Shown: piece after piece, positions 39,293-53,700 of the stretch
How the letters are laid out: each line of letters starts with the position of its first letter
Position numbering within the stretch: position 1 is the stretch's first letter
Assembly: GCF_009914755.1 (NCBI RefSeq)
Contig: NC_060935.1
Length of the DNA stretch: 64,000 nucleotides
DNA from: the human T2T-CHM13v2.0 reference genome, Homo sapiens
Strand: one strand, 5' to 3'
Notes under the pieces: model-generated
What the model saw: only the letters and a program-made list of their open reading frames with translations
The model's database searches: none
Told to the model about the DNA's origin: nothing
Program-made: the position numbers and the translations under genes

Positions 39293-40769
39293 AAGGTGAT
39301 AAGGCCCCAGCTCAAGCCCATGATTCTTCAGGGATGGGACCTGAGCATCTGTATTTTAGCAGGTCCTCCCTGGGACCATGAGTTGAGGCTCCCACTGAAT
39401 TCTTCCCTGGGCTGCTTCATGCATGACTCGCAGACAACACAGTGAGCATTAGTCTTAGAACATGCAGTGAGCTTGAGCCACAGCAGCCTGGGCCAGGGAC
39501 ACGTGGTAAGAGAGACCAGGCAGCCTCAGAAAAGCAGAGCTTGGAAGACGTGGGGCATAAGAGATTTCTGTGTGCAAAGCCCTGAACCAGACACGGCGAG
39601 GTGAGTCAAAGGAAACCGAGCCATGGAATATATGAGCTGGATGAGACCTTTGAGAATGTTTTACAAACTGGGAGACCAGGGCCCACAGAGGGGAACTGAC
39701 TTGCTCAGAGTCACACAGAGCTTGTCAGTGGCTGAGTCAGGACCAGAGCAAGATCTCCTGAGTATCGGTTCAGTCCCCCTTCCCTTGCCCCATCCATCCC
39801 TTGTGATTTCTGCATCCTAACCGAGGAGTGAGAAAACACGGAATTTCCTAAATGTTTAAAACATTAAAAAATATTAGCTAACCTATGTATTTGTGAGTGC
39901 TGATTATTAATGTCCCCAATAAGGTGAAACTACCAAAGGTATCCAGAGTAAGAGAGGGATCAGAATGGGGATGGGACCGGTCAGGGCCGTCTGCCTGAAG
40001 AGCCACCCGTGAAGGAGGAGAGGAGGGTTTAGGGTGGGGGCAGGTAAGCTGAGGCACAGAGGTAGGAAGGACTTGCGTGGGACCTGCAGGCTGCTTACTT
40101 GGCAGGTTCAGAAAGTTCTACTGGGAAGGAACAGGGGTTTCAAAGTTTCCATCCAAATAAGACGAAGTCCGTTTGTCTTATTTGGTTCGTCCACCAGCAG
40201 AGAGGGGAGAGGACTGGCTGGCGCCCAAGTGGGAGGGCCTTTAACACAGCCGTCCTGGGCCCCACTGTGCTGATAAGAAATCTCACCAGGGCCTTGAAGA
40301 GGACCAGATCCAGGCACTAAATCAGCGAGGCGGAGGGCTTCCGAACCCGCTGTCCAGATTCTGCTCTCTGCCTTCCCCTCCCCTCCAAGTCCAGCCTCTC
40401 TTTGTCATTGGAAGAGGCCTCGGAGACGCCACCCAACAGAGTTTATTTTTAGTTTTCCATTCTCGGAAGAACCACTGGTCATGGAGCAAGCTGTTTAAAT
40501 CTTCCCAGCTGTCCTGCTGAGGACTGAACAAGAGAAAAGGGATTTTGCTTGTTGTAGGAAGGGTCAAGGTCAGGTAGCGGGAAGAATTCACCCTGTGGTC
40601 AGAGTGGGCAAAATGAGCCAGGTTGGTACATTTATTTCTTTGGCAAATAATTCTTGCTCAACAGAGAGATCAACAATGCTGTCTGCAGTTTCCATGCCAA
40701 AGAATGAGGGTCTTTTGGAAGGCAGTAGGGCGGTAGCAGAATGAGCGCAAATAATCATTAATTGAATTC

Positions 40770-40945
40770 CAGGACTTGCCACTTAATTACTTTTGGTCTT
40801 GGACAAGTTACTTAACTTCTCTGAGCATCAGTTTCCTCATCTGTTAAGATTATATCAGTGATACTCACCACCTCTTTCATAGGGTAATTAGGAAGATTCG
40901 TGAAGATAACACAGGTAAAATACCTGCCGCGGTGCCTGGCAATGA
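40770..40945. mobile_element. MIR
   Basis: cttggacaagttacttaacttctctgagcatcagtttcctcatctgt core. Similar MIRs at ~26090-26260, 41670-41870, 51940-52130, 52860-53090 and 62440-62830. Confidence 0.8.
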
Positions 40946-43704
40946 TAATTATAATAACTATATTTACTACCAAAGGTATCCAGAGTAAGAGACGGATCAG
41001 AACGGAGATGGGGCCGGTCAAGTCCATCTCCCTGAAGAGCCACCCGTGAAGGAGGAGGAGGAGGGTTTGGGGTGGGGGCAGGCAAGCTGAGGCACAGAGG
41101 TAGGAATGACTTGGGTGGGACCTGCAGGCTGATAATTATAATAACTATAACTATAATAGCTCAATAACTATTCATCTCTTGACTTTCTTATACTAACTCA
41201 CACCACTTTGATTCATCTCAAGATCGAACTTAATCTACTTAATCTTTAACAACCTATTATGTACCTACTATGTGCCAGGCCTGGAGCCGGGCATGTCCCA
41301 CACCTTATCCCTAGACAACGTAGCAGGCTGGGCATTACTTATCCCCATTTCACCCATGACTCTCTTTATGGCGAACTTCACCCCACAGCAGACCATTATG
41401 ATGTAAAGTCATAGTGGGTGCAGAGATGCAAGCCATCAGAAACTGTGGGGCAGAGAATATGCCTACTACTTCAGGCCTTTACAGGGTGCCCAGAAACTAA
41501 GTGATCCAGGAGGAAAGAAAGAGCCATTGGTCCATCCCCATGTCTGTAGGACTCTGGCCATACCAATTTAAATCATGGAGTTGGTTCAGGGAGTGGAGCA
41601 AGAAGACCAAATGTAACTCTCTGGGCAGGAGAGGCCTCAAGAAAGCAACGCAAACACAGCAGCCAACTTTAACTGAGCATTTACTATATGCCTGGCATGG
41701 TACTGATCAGTTCACACTTGTCATCTCATTTAATCTGTACAACAGCCCTGGGATGTAGATTTTATTGTTATCCCCATTTCAGAGACAAGGAGACTGAGCC
41801 TGACAGAGTTGAAGCAACTTTCCCAAAGTCACTCAGTTGGTAAGTGGCAGAGCCAGGACTGGAATCTGGTTGCAAAGCAGGTACTTGCTTGGGATTTGGT
41901 TTGGGGGAGATGTGACTTTGGCTCACAGCCTTCAGGCATTCTGCACTCCTGGTGCCTTCTTCCCATGAGGAGATCCTGCTCCACAGGGGGTCCACCATGC
42001 CTGATCCTGTGACACAAGGACTCCCTCTCTCAGTCACCGGCCATCTCTGACCCCTGCCCCATGTGGGGCTGAGATCTGGACGCCTACCCCTGCCCTCTCT
42101 GTCTCTCTTTGCACACCCAGGGACATCAGCCAGGGGTGGGCAGAAATGGTTTCCTTTGTCCCTGCAATCTGCTTAAGAGAAGTACGGGATGTTTTCCCAC
42201 TCCTAATCGGCCATTTCTCCTGCTCTCCCAGTGTGAACCTCCTGCTTTCCGCACAGTTGAGATTAGATTTCTATGGTGATAAAAGGAGGGCAACTTGTGG
42301 CTGCTCTACCCAGGGACTGGTAAGAAACGGAGGCTGAGCTGGAGACACGTCTGGCTGCTGTCATTACCATCAACATTTAATATGTGCTAAGTGCCCCAGA
42401 GTGCCTGCCCTAACCTCAGGAGTGCTCTGAGAGGACAAAATCAAGTGAGATAGAGTGGGCTGTCTGCCGCAAGGATGCCTAGATGCAAATCTCCACCTGC
42501 AAGTCAAATATCCCCAAGCCTCGTGCACACAGGTGCGATCAGACAAACACGCCCTCCAGGCCAGTGGTTCTCAAACTTGGGCATGCTTCACAGACCTTGA
42601 GAGGCTTGTGAAAACACAGATCTCTGGGCCCAGCCCAAAGGAATGTTTATACTTCTGGTCAGGGGAATGTATCTTGATAGCCAGTGACCAGTACACCTAC
42701 CAACAGCGCTTAGAGGTGCACACATGCACCGTTGCATGTACACACTCAGACACGCAAGATCAGGCACATCTTCAGTACCTGCTGGCCTCACTCTCCCACT
42801 CTCTCTTTGGGCTCCAGCCTCTCCAGGCTTCTTTGCATTTTTTGAGTCATAGGCCTCCTGCCTTGGGAGGAAAAAGAGTTGGGAGAAGAGCGAACAAAGG
42901 CGGAGAGGCAGGACTGCTCGTGTGTGTGGAATGGCAGTAGATTTGCTTGGCAAGATATTCCTGCTGAGGGTGGAACAAGAGATAAAAATTTTCTCTCTGC
43001 TTGGAACACGGTTCCTCCTACTCTTCATCTAGTGAATGCCTTCTCGTGCTTCAGAGCTTAGCTCTAATATTCCCATTTCAAAGAAGCCTTCCTTGATCTC
43101 CCCTACATCATCACCAGACCAGGGCAGACCCTTGGTACAGGCAGTCATATCTTTACATAATTTTTCTTCATGCACTGATGGCAGTTGTTTTATTTTAAAA
43201 AGATATATGTTTGACTCCATCAGAGCTGGAGTCATGTTGAGTTTGTTACAGTTGAATCCCTGACTCTCTGCCTCATGGTAGATGTGGTAGATGCTCAAAA
43301 ATGTTAAATGAATAAATGAACCCTCACACATGTGGAAAGCTGACATATACACACAGGTATCCATATAAGAACACATTCACATGCACTTTTCTGTCAGCCT
43401 TTTGCGTTCTTTGAAGCTACAGTAGACATCATTGGAGGAATAGAAGTGAATTCAACTCTTCTAAAAAACAGTTTTGCATTTAGGATAGAAATGTAAACAA
43501 TCCTATTTATAGGAATTTACCTTCTGGAGATCATTGCTTGAGAATGCACGAAGAAATTTATTGCAGTATTGTTTATATTAATACTATTAGCAAACTACCC
43601 TACTTAGATGTAGGAAACTACCCTACTTAGATGTCCACTTATGGATTAAGTAAACTGATAGATCCATACCGTGGAATATTCTGAAACCATTACAAAGGAA
43701 AGTA

Positions 43705-44247
43705 CAGGAGTCCCCCCAATCCACAATTTAATTTTTTTTTTTTTTCTTTTAGAAACAGGATCTCACTGTGTTGCCTAGACTGGTCTCCTGGTCTCGAACT
43801 CCTAGGCTCAAGTGTTCCTTCCACCTCCACCTCCAAAAGTGCTAGGATTATAGCCATGAGCCACTGTAACTGGCCCATGATTTCATTTTTCATGGTTTCA
43901 GTTATCTGTGTTCAACCAAGATCTGAAAATACTAAATGAAAAATTCCAGAAATAAACAATTCCTTAGTTATAAATGGTACACTATCCTGAGTAGTGTGAT
44001 GAAACCTTGTGCCACCAGGCTCTGTCCCTTCTTCATCACAGCAAGAAGGGTAAGAGCAGTTCAATAAGATATTCTGAGAGAGAGAGACCACATTCACATA
44101 ACTTTTATTGCAGTATGTTATTAAATTCTTCTATGTTATTATTAGTTATTGCTGTTAATTTCTTACTGTGCCTAATTTATAAATTAAACTTTTTCATAGG
44201 TATATATGTATGGAAAAAAAAATATATGTGTATACACACGCACACAC

Positions 44248-44283
<36 letters not shown>

Positions 44284-44456
44284 TGTGTGTGTGTATATAT
44301 ATATAGAGAGAGAGTGTGTGTAGATAGATAGGTAGATAGATAGATAGACGATAGATAGATGGAGATAGAGAGAGATAGGGTTTGGTATTAGCCACAGTTT
44401 CAGGCATCTACTGGGAGCTTTAAACATATTCCTCTCAGATGAAGGAGGACTACTTG
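43705..44456 (+). mobile_element. MER44B-like Tigger/TcMar MITE with nested FLAM (~43730-43876) and compound (TA/GA/GT/GATA)n microsatellite (~44222-44378)
   Basis: TA-flanked terminal inverted repeats caggagtcccccc...gaaggaggactacttg; internal gagagagagaccacattcacataacttttatt typical of MER44. Confidence 0.85.
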
Positions 44457-44768
44457 TAATATCTAACCTCATGGGGAAGGTATTCATCTCATATAGCTGA
44501 GAAAAAAAATCAAGATACAAAACAACCTGTATAATATGATCCCATTAATACAAAACTGTAGACATCTATCTACGGATGTATGGAAAAAGTTCCAGAAAGA
44601 TTTTATCAAAATGCTAACTGTATTTACCTCTAGATGGTGGGATTGATTACTTTCTTTTTTGTAACAGTACCTACCTCATAATGTTTGGAGAGATTGAGAT
44701 AAGGTATGTGACAATGTGATGAGTTTATAGTACAATGCTTGGCATACATAAATGGCACATTTTATATT

Positions 44769-45088
44769 ATTTTCTTAATTTTCAGGACTTTTTTTTTTTT
44801 TTTTCGTTTTGGTTTTGGTTTAGAGACAGGACCTCTATCACTGAGACTGGAGGGCAGTGGTTGGATCACAGCTCATTGCAATCTTGAATTCCAGGACTCA
44901 AGAGATCTTCCTGCCTCACCCTCCCAAGTAGCTGGGAGGCACCACCATGTCTGGCTATTTTTTAATTTTTTTGTAGATATGAGGTCTCAATATGTCCAGG
45001 CTGGCCTCAAACTTCTGACCTAAAGTGATTCTCCCACCTTGGCCTTCCAAAGTGTTGAGATTACAGGTGTGAGCCAATGTGCTTAGCC
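44769..45088 (-). mobile_element. AluJ
   Basis: Diverged antisense Alu. Confidence 0.85.
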
Positions 45089-46432
45089 AGTTTGGATTAT
45101 TTTTAAATGCTCGTAAAATGAGAACTAAATTACAAAATTACAAACACAATCAAGAAAAAAAAAAAAAAAAGACCGGAGTAGGAATGGCCAGCTAGGTGAA
45201 TACTGTGATGAATTACCGATAGGTGTGTGTCCTCTAACCCAACCTCAGCCTCTGTTCCCAGCGTTTCAGACAATTCTTGGTACTAATAAGTGCCTGTGAC
45301 AATTTGTTGAATTCAATTGAATTTGGGTCATCTATTAGTCCAGTTAGAGGGATTATCAGAGAGGAACTGATGGATTCTGATCTCTACTCCCAACCACAAA
45401 ACTGAACCCATCCAGACATCATCGCTGATATTGACTATATCAGATATGCTTCCTGAAACCCAGAGAGAATTATTGAAGTGTTTCTAACTAGAATTTGAGT
45501 GCTCACCTGGGATGCATCAAACCCAGGAAGTTAAGAAAATCCAAATTCCCAACCACTCTTCTTTCTCCCACCCACTGTGCTCTTTATTAAACTGCAGTTA
45601 GATTTTCATCCATCTTCTTCAACAAGACCCAACATCACAGCATAAAGCTGACTAGACTTAGGCCTCTTCAGATGACAGATTGTTCACTTTTCCCTGAGAG
45701 TCGGAAAAAGTAGTGAGGATGAGATAAAGATATGATTCCAGTAGAATTTCCAGGAAGTAGAGTTCAAATCAATATCTCTGGATTTTGCTTTTTTGTCTTG
45801 TATGGTCTAATGTAGCAGTCCTCAAAGTAGGGTCTGAGAACTCCTCGGGGAGCCAGAGACATTTTCAGGGAGTCAGCAGGGTCAAAACTATTTTCATAAT
45901 GATGCTATGATGTCATTTGTCTTTTTCACTGTGTTGACATCTGCACCAATGGCACAGGAGCAAGGCGGAGTCTCCTCAGCAGGAATCAGACAGTGGCACC
46001 AACCTGCACAGTACTTGTAGTGACTGTTCTTCACCTCCACATACTTGCCAGTTTCACTTAAGAACATCCTTGAAGAAGCCACAAAAATTATTATTAAAAA
46101 TTATTAATATGGTTAAATTTCAACCCTGAGCACATGTCTTTTTAATATTTAGTGTGACAAAATGGGAAGCATGCATAGAGGATCTCTGCTACATACCAAA
46201 GTGCCAAGTTTCTCTCAAGGAAAAAGACTCGTATTTTTGAGCTGCATGCTAAGCTAACTGCTTTTTTCACGAAACACCACTTTTACTTGAATAAAGATCA
46301 ACAGACAAATTATAATTATGCAGACTTGAGAACTGGCAATTATTTTTCAGAAATTAGTAAAATGAGCTTATCGCCTCAGGGAAAACAAACAACAATATTT
46401 GTTACTAATGATATAGTTTAAGCTTTCAATTA

Positions 46433-46770
<338 letters not shown>

Positions 46771-46849
46771 TTAGAGAATCTACATCCTTTATCAAGAGCT
46801 TGACAGCTTCCCAATTTGTAAAAACTTTTCTGATGAGATCAGTGGTGAT

Positions 46850-48913
46850 TTTTTTTTTGGTTAAGCATGATGAACATTTTATTTATTTTTTATATTAAAT
46901 ATTTTCATAATTTCAACTTTTATTTTAGATTCAGGGGGTACATGTACAGGTTTGTTATAGGCATATGTTGTGTAATGCTGAGGTTTGGGGTACAATTGAT
47001 CCCGCCACCCAGGTACTGAGCATAGTGCTCAATGCTTAGTTTTTCAAGCCTTGCCCCACTCCACCCCCACTCTTTAGTAGTCCCCAGTGTCTACTGTTGC
47101 CCTGTTTATGTTCGTGAGTACCCAATGTTTAGCTCCCCCTTATAAGTGAGAACATGCTGTATTTGGTTTTCTGTTCCCGCATTAATTTGCTAAGGATAAT
47201 GGCCTCCAGCTGCATCCATGTTGCTGCAGAGGACATACTTTTGTTCTTTTTCATGGCTGTGTAGTATTCCATGGTGCGTATATACCACATTTTCTTTATC
47301 CAATCCAAGTTTTGGGGCACCTAGGTTGAGTTTATGTCTTTGCTGTTGTGAATAGTGCTGCAATGAACATATAAGTGCATGTGTCTTTTTGGTAGAACTG
47401 TTTAGTTTCTTTTGGATATATGCCCAGTGATGGTAGTTCTGTTTTTAAGTTCTTTGAGAAATCGCTAAACTTCTTTCCATAGTAGCTGAACTAATTTACC
47501 TTCCCACTAACAGTGTATAAGTGTTCCCTTTTCTCCACAGCCTCCACAGCATTTGTTGTTTTTTGACTTTTTAATAGTAGCCATTCTGACTGGTGTGAGA
47601 TGGTGTCTCATTGTGGTTTTGATTCGCATTTCTCTGGTGATTAGTGACGTGGAGCGCTTTTTCATGTTTGTTGGCTGCTTGTATGTCTTGTTTTGAGATG
47701 TGTCTGCTCATGTCTTTTGTCCATTTTTTAATAGGGGTATTTGTTTTTTGTTCGTTCAATTGTTTAAGTCCCTTATTGATTCTGGATATTAGACCTTTGT
47801 CAGATGTATAGTCTGTGAATGTTTTCTCGCATTCTGTAGGTTGTCTGTTTACTCTCTTGATAGTTTCTTTTGCTGTACAGAAGCTCTTTAGTTAGGTAGG
47901 TCCCACTTGTCAATTTTTGCTTTTGTTGCAATTGCTTTTGAGGACTTAGTCATAAATTCTTTCCCAGGGCTGATGTCCCGAATCGTGTTTCCTAGGTTTT
48001 CTTGTAGGATTTTTGCAGTTTGAGGTCTTACATTTAAATCTTTACTCTATCTTGAGTTAATTTTTGTCTATGGTGAAAGGTACGTGTCCAGTTTCATTCT
48101 TCTGTATATGGCTAGCCAGCTATCCCAGAACCATTTATTGAATAGGGAGTCTTTTCCCCATTGCTTATTTTTGTTGACTTTGTCAGAGATCAGATACCAG
48201 TAGGCGTGTGGCTTTATTTCTGGGTTTTCTATTCTGTTTCATTGATCTGTGTGACTTTTCTTGTACAAGTACCATGCTGTTTTGGTTACGATAGCCTTAT
48301 AGTGGAGTTTGAAGTCCAGTAATACGATGCCTGTGGCTTTGTTGTTTTTGCTTAGGATTACTTTGGCTGTTTGGACGCTTCTTTGGTTCCATATGAATTT
48401 TATAATACTTTTTTCTAGTTCTGTGAAAAATGGCATTGGTAGTTTGATAGGAATAGCATTGAATCTGTAGATTAGTTTGGGTGATATGGCCATTTTAACA
48501 ATATTGATTCTTCTAATTCATGAGCACGAAATGTTTTTTCATTTGTTTGTGTCATCTATGATTTCATTCAGAAGTGTTTTGTACTCCTTGTAGAGATCTT
48601 TCACCTCCTTGGTAGATGTATTCCTAGATTTTGTGTGTATGTGTGGTTATTGTAGATGGGATTGCATTCCTGATTTTGCTCTCAGCTTGAAGGTTATTGG
48701 CATATAGATTTCTACTGATTTTTGTACATTGATTTTGTATCCTGAAACTTTACTGGAGTTGTTTATCAATTCTAGGAGCCTTTTGGCAGAGTTTTCAGGG
48801 TCTTCTAGGTATAGAATCATATCATTAGGGAAGAGAGATAGTTTGACTTCTTCTTTTCCTATTTGAATATCTTTTATTTCTTTCTCTTGCCTGTTTGCTC
48901 TGGCTAGAACTTC
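46850..48913 (-). mobile_element. 5'-truncated L1PA13-16-like element
   Basis: Antisense 3'UTR ttttattttagattcagggggtacatg; ORF2 remnants in ORFs 48239..48493 and 48647..48970; TSD cagtggtgat at 46840-46849 and 48914-48923. Confidence 0.9.
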
Positions 48914-49489
48914 CAGTGGTGATATTAATACACGTAGTTTTTGGTATTGTATAATGAAATGTGTTAACATTTGGAAGTCATTTATAACTTAGAGAGCCAA
49001 CATTTTCCAAATGATCGATGAATGATAGTATAAAATTAGGCATGTGTAAAAGACCCATTTCGGAGTGCAAGATAGACCAATGTCTAATTAGATTTTAAAT
49101 TAACACAATACAAAAAAATTAATGAATATGGTTTCTGATTCCACATTGCGACTAACCTTCAATAAGCTGCCACTTCTCAAGATTAAGCATAATATTTAAA
49201 AAAGGATCCAGAATTATCTGAAAAGGCCGTTTAAATACCCTTCCACTTTCCAACTCTATATCTATGTGAGATTGGATTTTCTTCATTTATTTCAACAAAA
49301 ACAACATAAACAACAGATTGAATATAGAACCAAGTATGAGAATCCAATTATCTTTTATTAAGCCAGACATTAAAGAGATTTGCAAAAATGTAAAGCAGTG
49401 TAAACAATGTAAAATTCTTTATTTGCTTTGATTTGAAAAACATAGTTATTTTAATAAAAATGTTATGTTAACCTGTAAATACTTAACTG

Positions 49490-50730
49490 TAAGTCTCACA
49501 AAATAGGTACAGGATTTGTAGGCTGAAAACTACAAAACCTAGATGAAAGAAATCAAAGCTCTATATAAATGGAGCAACATGCTCAATATAATTAACATGT
49601 TCATTCTCTCCAAACTGACCTATAGATTTAACACAATCCCAATAAAAAACTGCAACAGGTTTCTTTGTAAATATAGGCAAGTTGTTCTGAAACTTACATG
49701 AAAATGTAAAAGAACCAGAATGGCTAAAGCAGTTTTGGACAAGGATGAATTTGGAGGATTCACTCTATTCAATTCTATCATACTATAAAGCTACAGTGAT
49801 TAAAACAGCATGGCATAATTGTGAGAACAGACATATAGATCAATGGAATAGAATAGATAGTCAAGAAATACACCCACACAAACACGTTCAATTGATTTTT
49901 GACAAATGCAAAGGCAATTGGATGGAAAAAATACTGTCTTTTCAACAAATGGTGCTGGAACAACTAAACATCCTTTTGCAAACAAATAAAAATGAACCTC
50001 AATCTAGGCCTCGAGAGTATTCAAAAATTAATTCAAAATGGATCACAGGCCCAAATGTAAAACATAAAACAATAAAATTCTTAAGGGAAAATATCAGAGA
50101 AAATTTTCCTGAGCTTGGATTTGGCAAAGGGTTCTTAGATACAACAGCAAAAGCACAATCTAAAAAGAAAAAAATTGATAAGTTGAATTTTACCAAATTA
50201 AAAATGTTTGGTCTGTTAAGGACACAATTAAGAGAATGAAAATTCAAGCCACAAAGTGAGAAAATATTTGTAAATCACATGTCTAACATAGACTGTATCC
50301 AGAATATATAAAGAACTCTCAAAACTGAGCAATAAGAAGCAACCCAATAAAGAAATGGGTAAAATATTTGAACAGACACATCACCAGAGAGGATATGCAG
50401 ATGGAAAATAAACACATAAAAAAGGTTCTCAACATTATTAGTTATTAGGGAAATGCAAATTAAAACCACAAGGAGATAGCATTGTATCTTGTTGCATCTA
50501 TTGGAATGGCTACAAAAAAAGATACTGACAATACCGGTGAGGATGCGGAACAAACGAAATGCTTATATTGTTGGTAGGAATGAAAAATTGTATAGCCACT
50601 CTAGAAAAAGCCTGGCAGTTTTTTACGAAGTTAAACACACAATTACCAGAGGATACAATAATTCCACTGATAGTAATTTATCCTAGAGGAATGAAAACTT
50701 ACGTTCACATGAAAACATGTACACAATTAC
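49490..50730 (+). mobile_element. Old L1M ORF2 3' fragment
   Basis: ORF 49745..50239 (YYKATVIKTAWH...RHIDQWNRI) is L1 ORF2p sequence. Confidence 0.88.
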
Positions 50731-53700
50731 TGAATTCTATACTCATCCTGATTTCTGTCATGATCTTATCAGGAAAGAATGGCTTTGATCCCATAGAGAA
50801 TTTACAAGCCTTTGTGCACTGTTCATAAAAGAGACAGGCCTGAACTACCTGCTAGGGGAAGAAGATTTGAGGGTTGAAGATAGGGGAGCAGCCTCAGTCT
50901 GACCCAGGAACAGTGAGGTCCCTCAGTGTGAGGGCATGGAGAACAGAGGTTTGGAAACTATGCCCTTTACCTGTACAGTACTCGGAGGGGTACCCACAAG
51001 GGCTGCAGATGGAGTACCCAACCTGGAGAACAATGGGCAATAAGTTCTTCTGGGGAGGAAGGTGACAAGGGATGTTTTTCAGCTAGGCTGCAGCAGTTCA
51101 AAGTCAGATTCATCTGATTTTAAAAAGAAAGGTGAGATTTTTTATGCTTTAGTGACATGGAGCAAATTCCTGCTGACTCCACAGGTGTATGTTGGAAACC
51201 CTGGAAATAGATGAGATGGCCCAGGGTGAGCATTTACCATTTACCAAGAGAAAAGAAGAGAGCTGGGGACGTCTCCTGGGAACACAATTTCAGAATCTGT
51301 GGAAGACTGAGAAAGAGCAGCCAGAGGGCAGGAAGGGGACCTGGGAAAGTCCATGTCCCAGAGGTCATGGCAATGTCATAAAGTAGGAGGCACTCGATGG
51401 TTAGAAGCTGCAAGAATTCCAGGAAGATGAAGACTAAGAAGTGTCTCCCAGACACTGGTATGGTGGGGCAGGAGATGGCTGTGGATTGAGGAGTTGTGGG
51501 GGCTGAAGATGAATGCCCCTCACAGACCTGAGTTGGCCAACTCCATTGGCTGAGCAGTCAGAGTCTGCCAGGGCAGGACATTAACATCTCCCAGAGGAGA
51601 ATTCTTCCAGGGACAGGCAGCTTTCCTGGCCCTGTCAGTGATAAGAGAGAGCGGGGTGAGCTCCTCTAAGTCATGGAGCTCCACGACTTAGAGGGACCAC
51701 CAGCTGGGAATATCCACCTGGCCTAGGTGGTAGCATCACCTCCATGGAGGATCAGGTCATTGCTAAAAGCCTAGGAACAAAGTTTATGGAGAGACATGGC
51801 AAATTTCCTAGGACTCGAAGCTTTATCCAAAATTCTCTCTCCTATGTCATGTGTTTGATGAAGCGCCTGAGGGTGAAGGATCTGACCCTTTCGCTGCGAA
51901 TTCAACATATGCAGAGAGGTCATGATATGCTAATCACTTTGCCCTGCATGTTTATATGGATCGTACCATTTAATCTCACAACGAATGTAGGCCAGATACA
52001 CCCATTTTACATATGAAGAAACAGAGAGGATGGTTTGTCTAAGACCACATAGCTGAGTAAGTAGTAGAGTTGGAATTTGTACCTCCAGGTACTTTGATTC
52101 CAACTCCAGAGCTCTCTCTGCTACAACACAGCGTAATTAGAAGGAATTATTCAAAGCAGATTCCCAGCTCCTTCCTTCTATGAAAAGTAGACAACCTTTT
52201 CTGGGACTCAGGGCTTGGACAGAGAAGGCCTCCTATTATGTCCACCTCCCATGTCCCATTGGCAGGAGTGAGCCGTGGAGGACCATAGACCAGGCTATGC
52301 CCTCACCTTTCTCAGAGGTCTCAAGACCTCCTGTCCCAGAAGGTCCAGGGCTGTTTATCTCCTGAGCACAGTCCTCCCTGTTCTCTGGGAGGACCCATTG
52401 TAAGATCGGTACAGCACGCTTACTTACTGGACTGGGTGGCAGCCTTCCTAGGGACAGGAAGCCTGGGCCAGTGCACAGGAGACGGGGAATGAATGGCATG
52501 TTCCTTTCAGAGCCATCCACCTACATCAAGGAGACTTGGAGGTGTCCTGGGTGACAGCTTGTTGTGACTTGACAGGGCATCCCAGAAACCATCCACTTGG
52601 GACCGGGGTGGAGGAGGGCCTCCTCCCACTCATGATGTACTTGTCCAAGTTACCAGAAACCACATGGTCTAAGCCTCTGGTCATGTGACACTCTGATGGG
52701 TGCGCCTAGCCTTCTCTGGGGAGTTGTCTCACCCTGACACTCTTGGAAAGATACGCAGAGCCAGAGAGCAGAGCCTATGAGGTCCCACTTGGGAGGATTC
52801 CACCTGACTCTGGTGCAGAGTGTAAAAGAGCAGCTGAATGCAGAGTGTAAAAAAGCAGCTGCATGTCAGAGCCTGGATTCAAATCCACCTCTGCCATGCA
52901 GCAGTCATGTAGTTTGGGAGGCTTATTTCACTTTGCTTGGCCTTTGTTTCCTCATCTGTAAATTAGGAATGAAGACAATGTCCACTTCACGGGATTCTTG
53001 TGCTCACAGGAGATAATATACATCAGGTGTCCAGCACAGCATGTGGCACATAGCAAACGTTTAGCAAATGCTGGCTATTATTATCATTATCCTCATCATG
53101 GCCATCACGGGGACTTCACATGTGTGTCCCCATGTCCACCCAATTGCATCAGGACCACAGCTAAGTGATTATGGGGAACAATGATCCCTGGGAATCTAAC
53201 CAAAGCCCAGAGGCAGCTGGAGCACCTGCTAGGCTGTAAGTGGCTCCTTCTGTAAAGAGCCATCATCTCTCCCTGCAATAGCCTCCCCCTTCTCCTGCCC
53301 AGCACACTCACTTGGCACTCCTTTCCCAGATAAATTCTATGGAAATTCAGCAGTCAATAGAGTTGACAAAGCCAGAAGGCTTGGCTGGTACTTGGAGGAG
53401 CCTAGGCTCCAGGGACATAGGACAATGTCACTGCAACCACCTCCCTGCCCAAAACACACACACAGTTCCCTGGAGATTCTGCGCCAGTTTAGAATGCCCT
53501 ATCACCCCCCGCCATCCCTAATTTTGGTAGCCTCTATAGATATCCTGGGCCAAAGGAATGTATTTTTCTTTTCCCATCCAGATCCTGCTTTTTCTCTAAC
53601 TTATTTCCCTGCCCCCCTCCCATACCCTTACATCCCTGCCAGTCAATTTATGTCCTAGGAATGCCCTGAGAGAGAAAGGAAAGTGTCTGCTTTCTAAGGG

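Noticed and set aside
49745-50239. 164-aa ORF, and ORFs at 2036, 6955, 47129, 48239 and 48647
   Set aside because: Degraded L1 ORF1/ORF2 fragments, not host genes.
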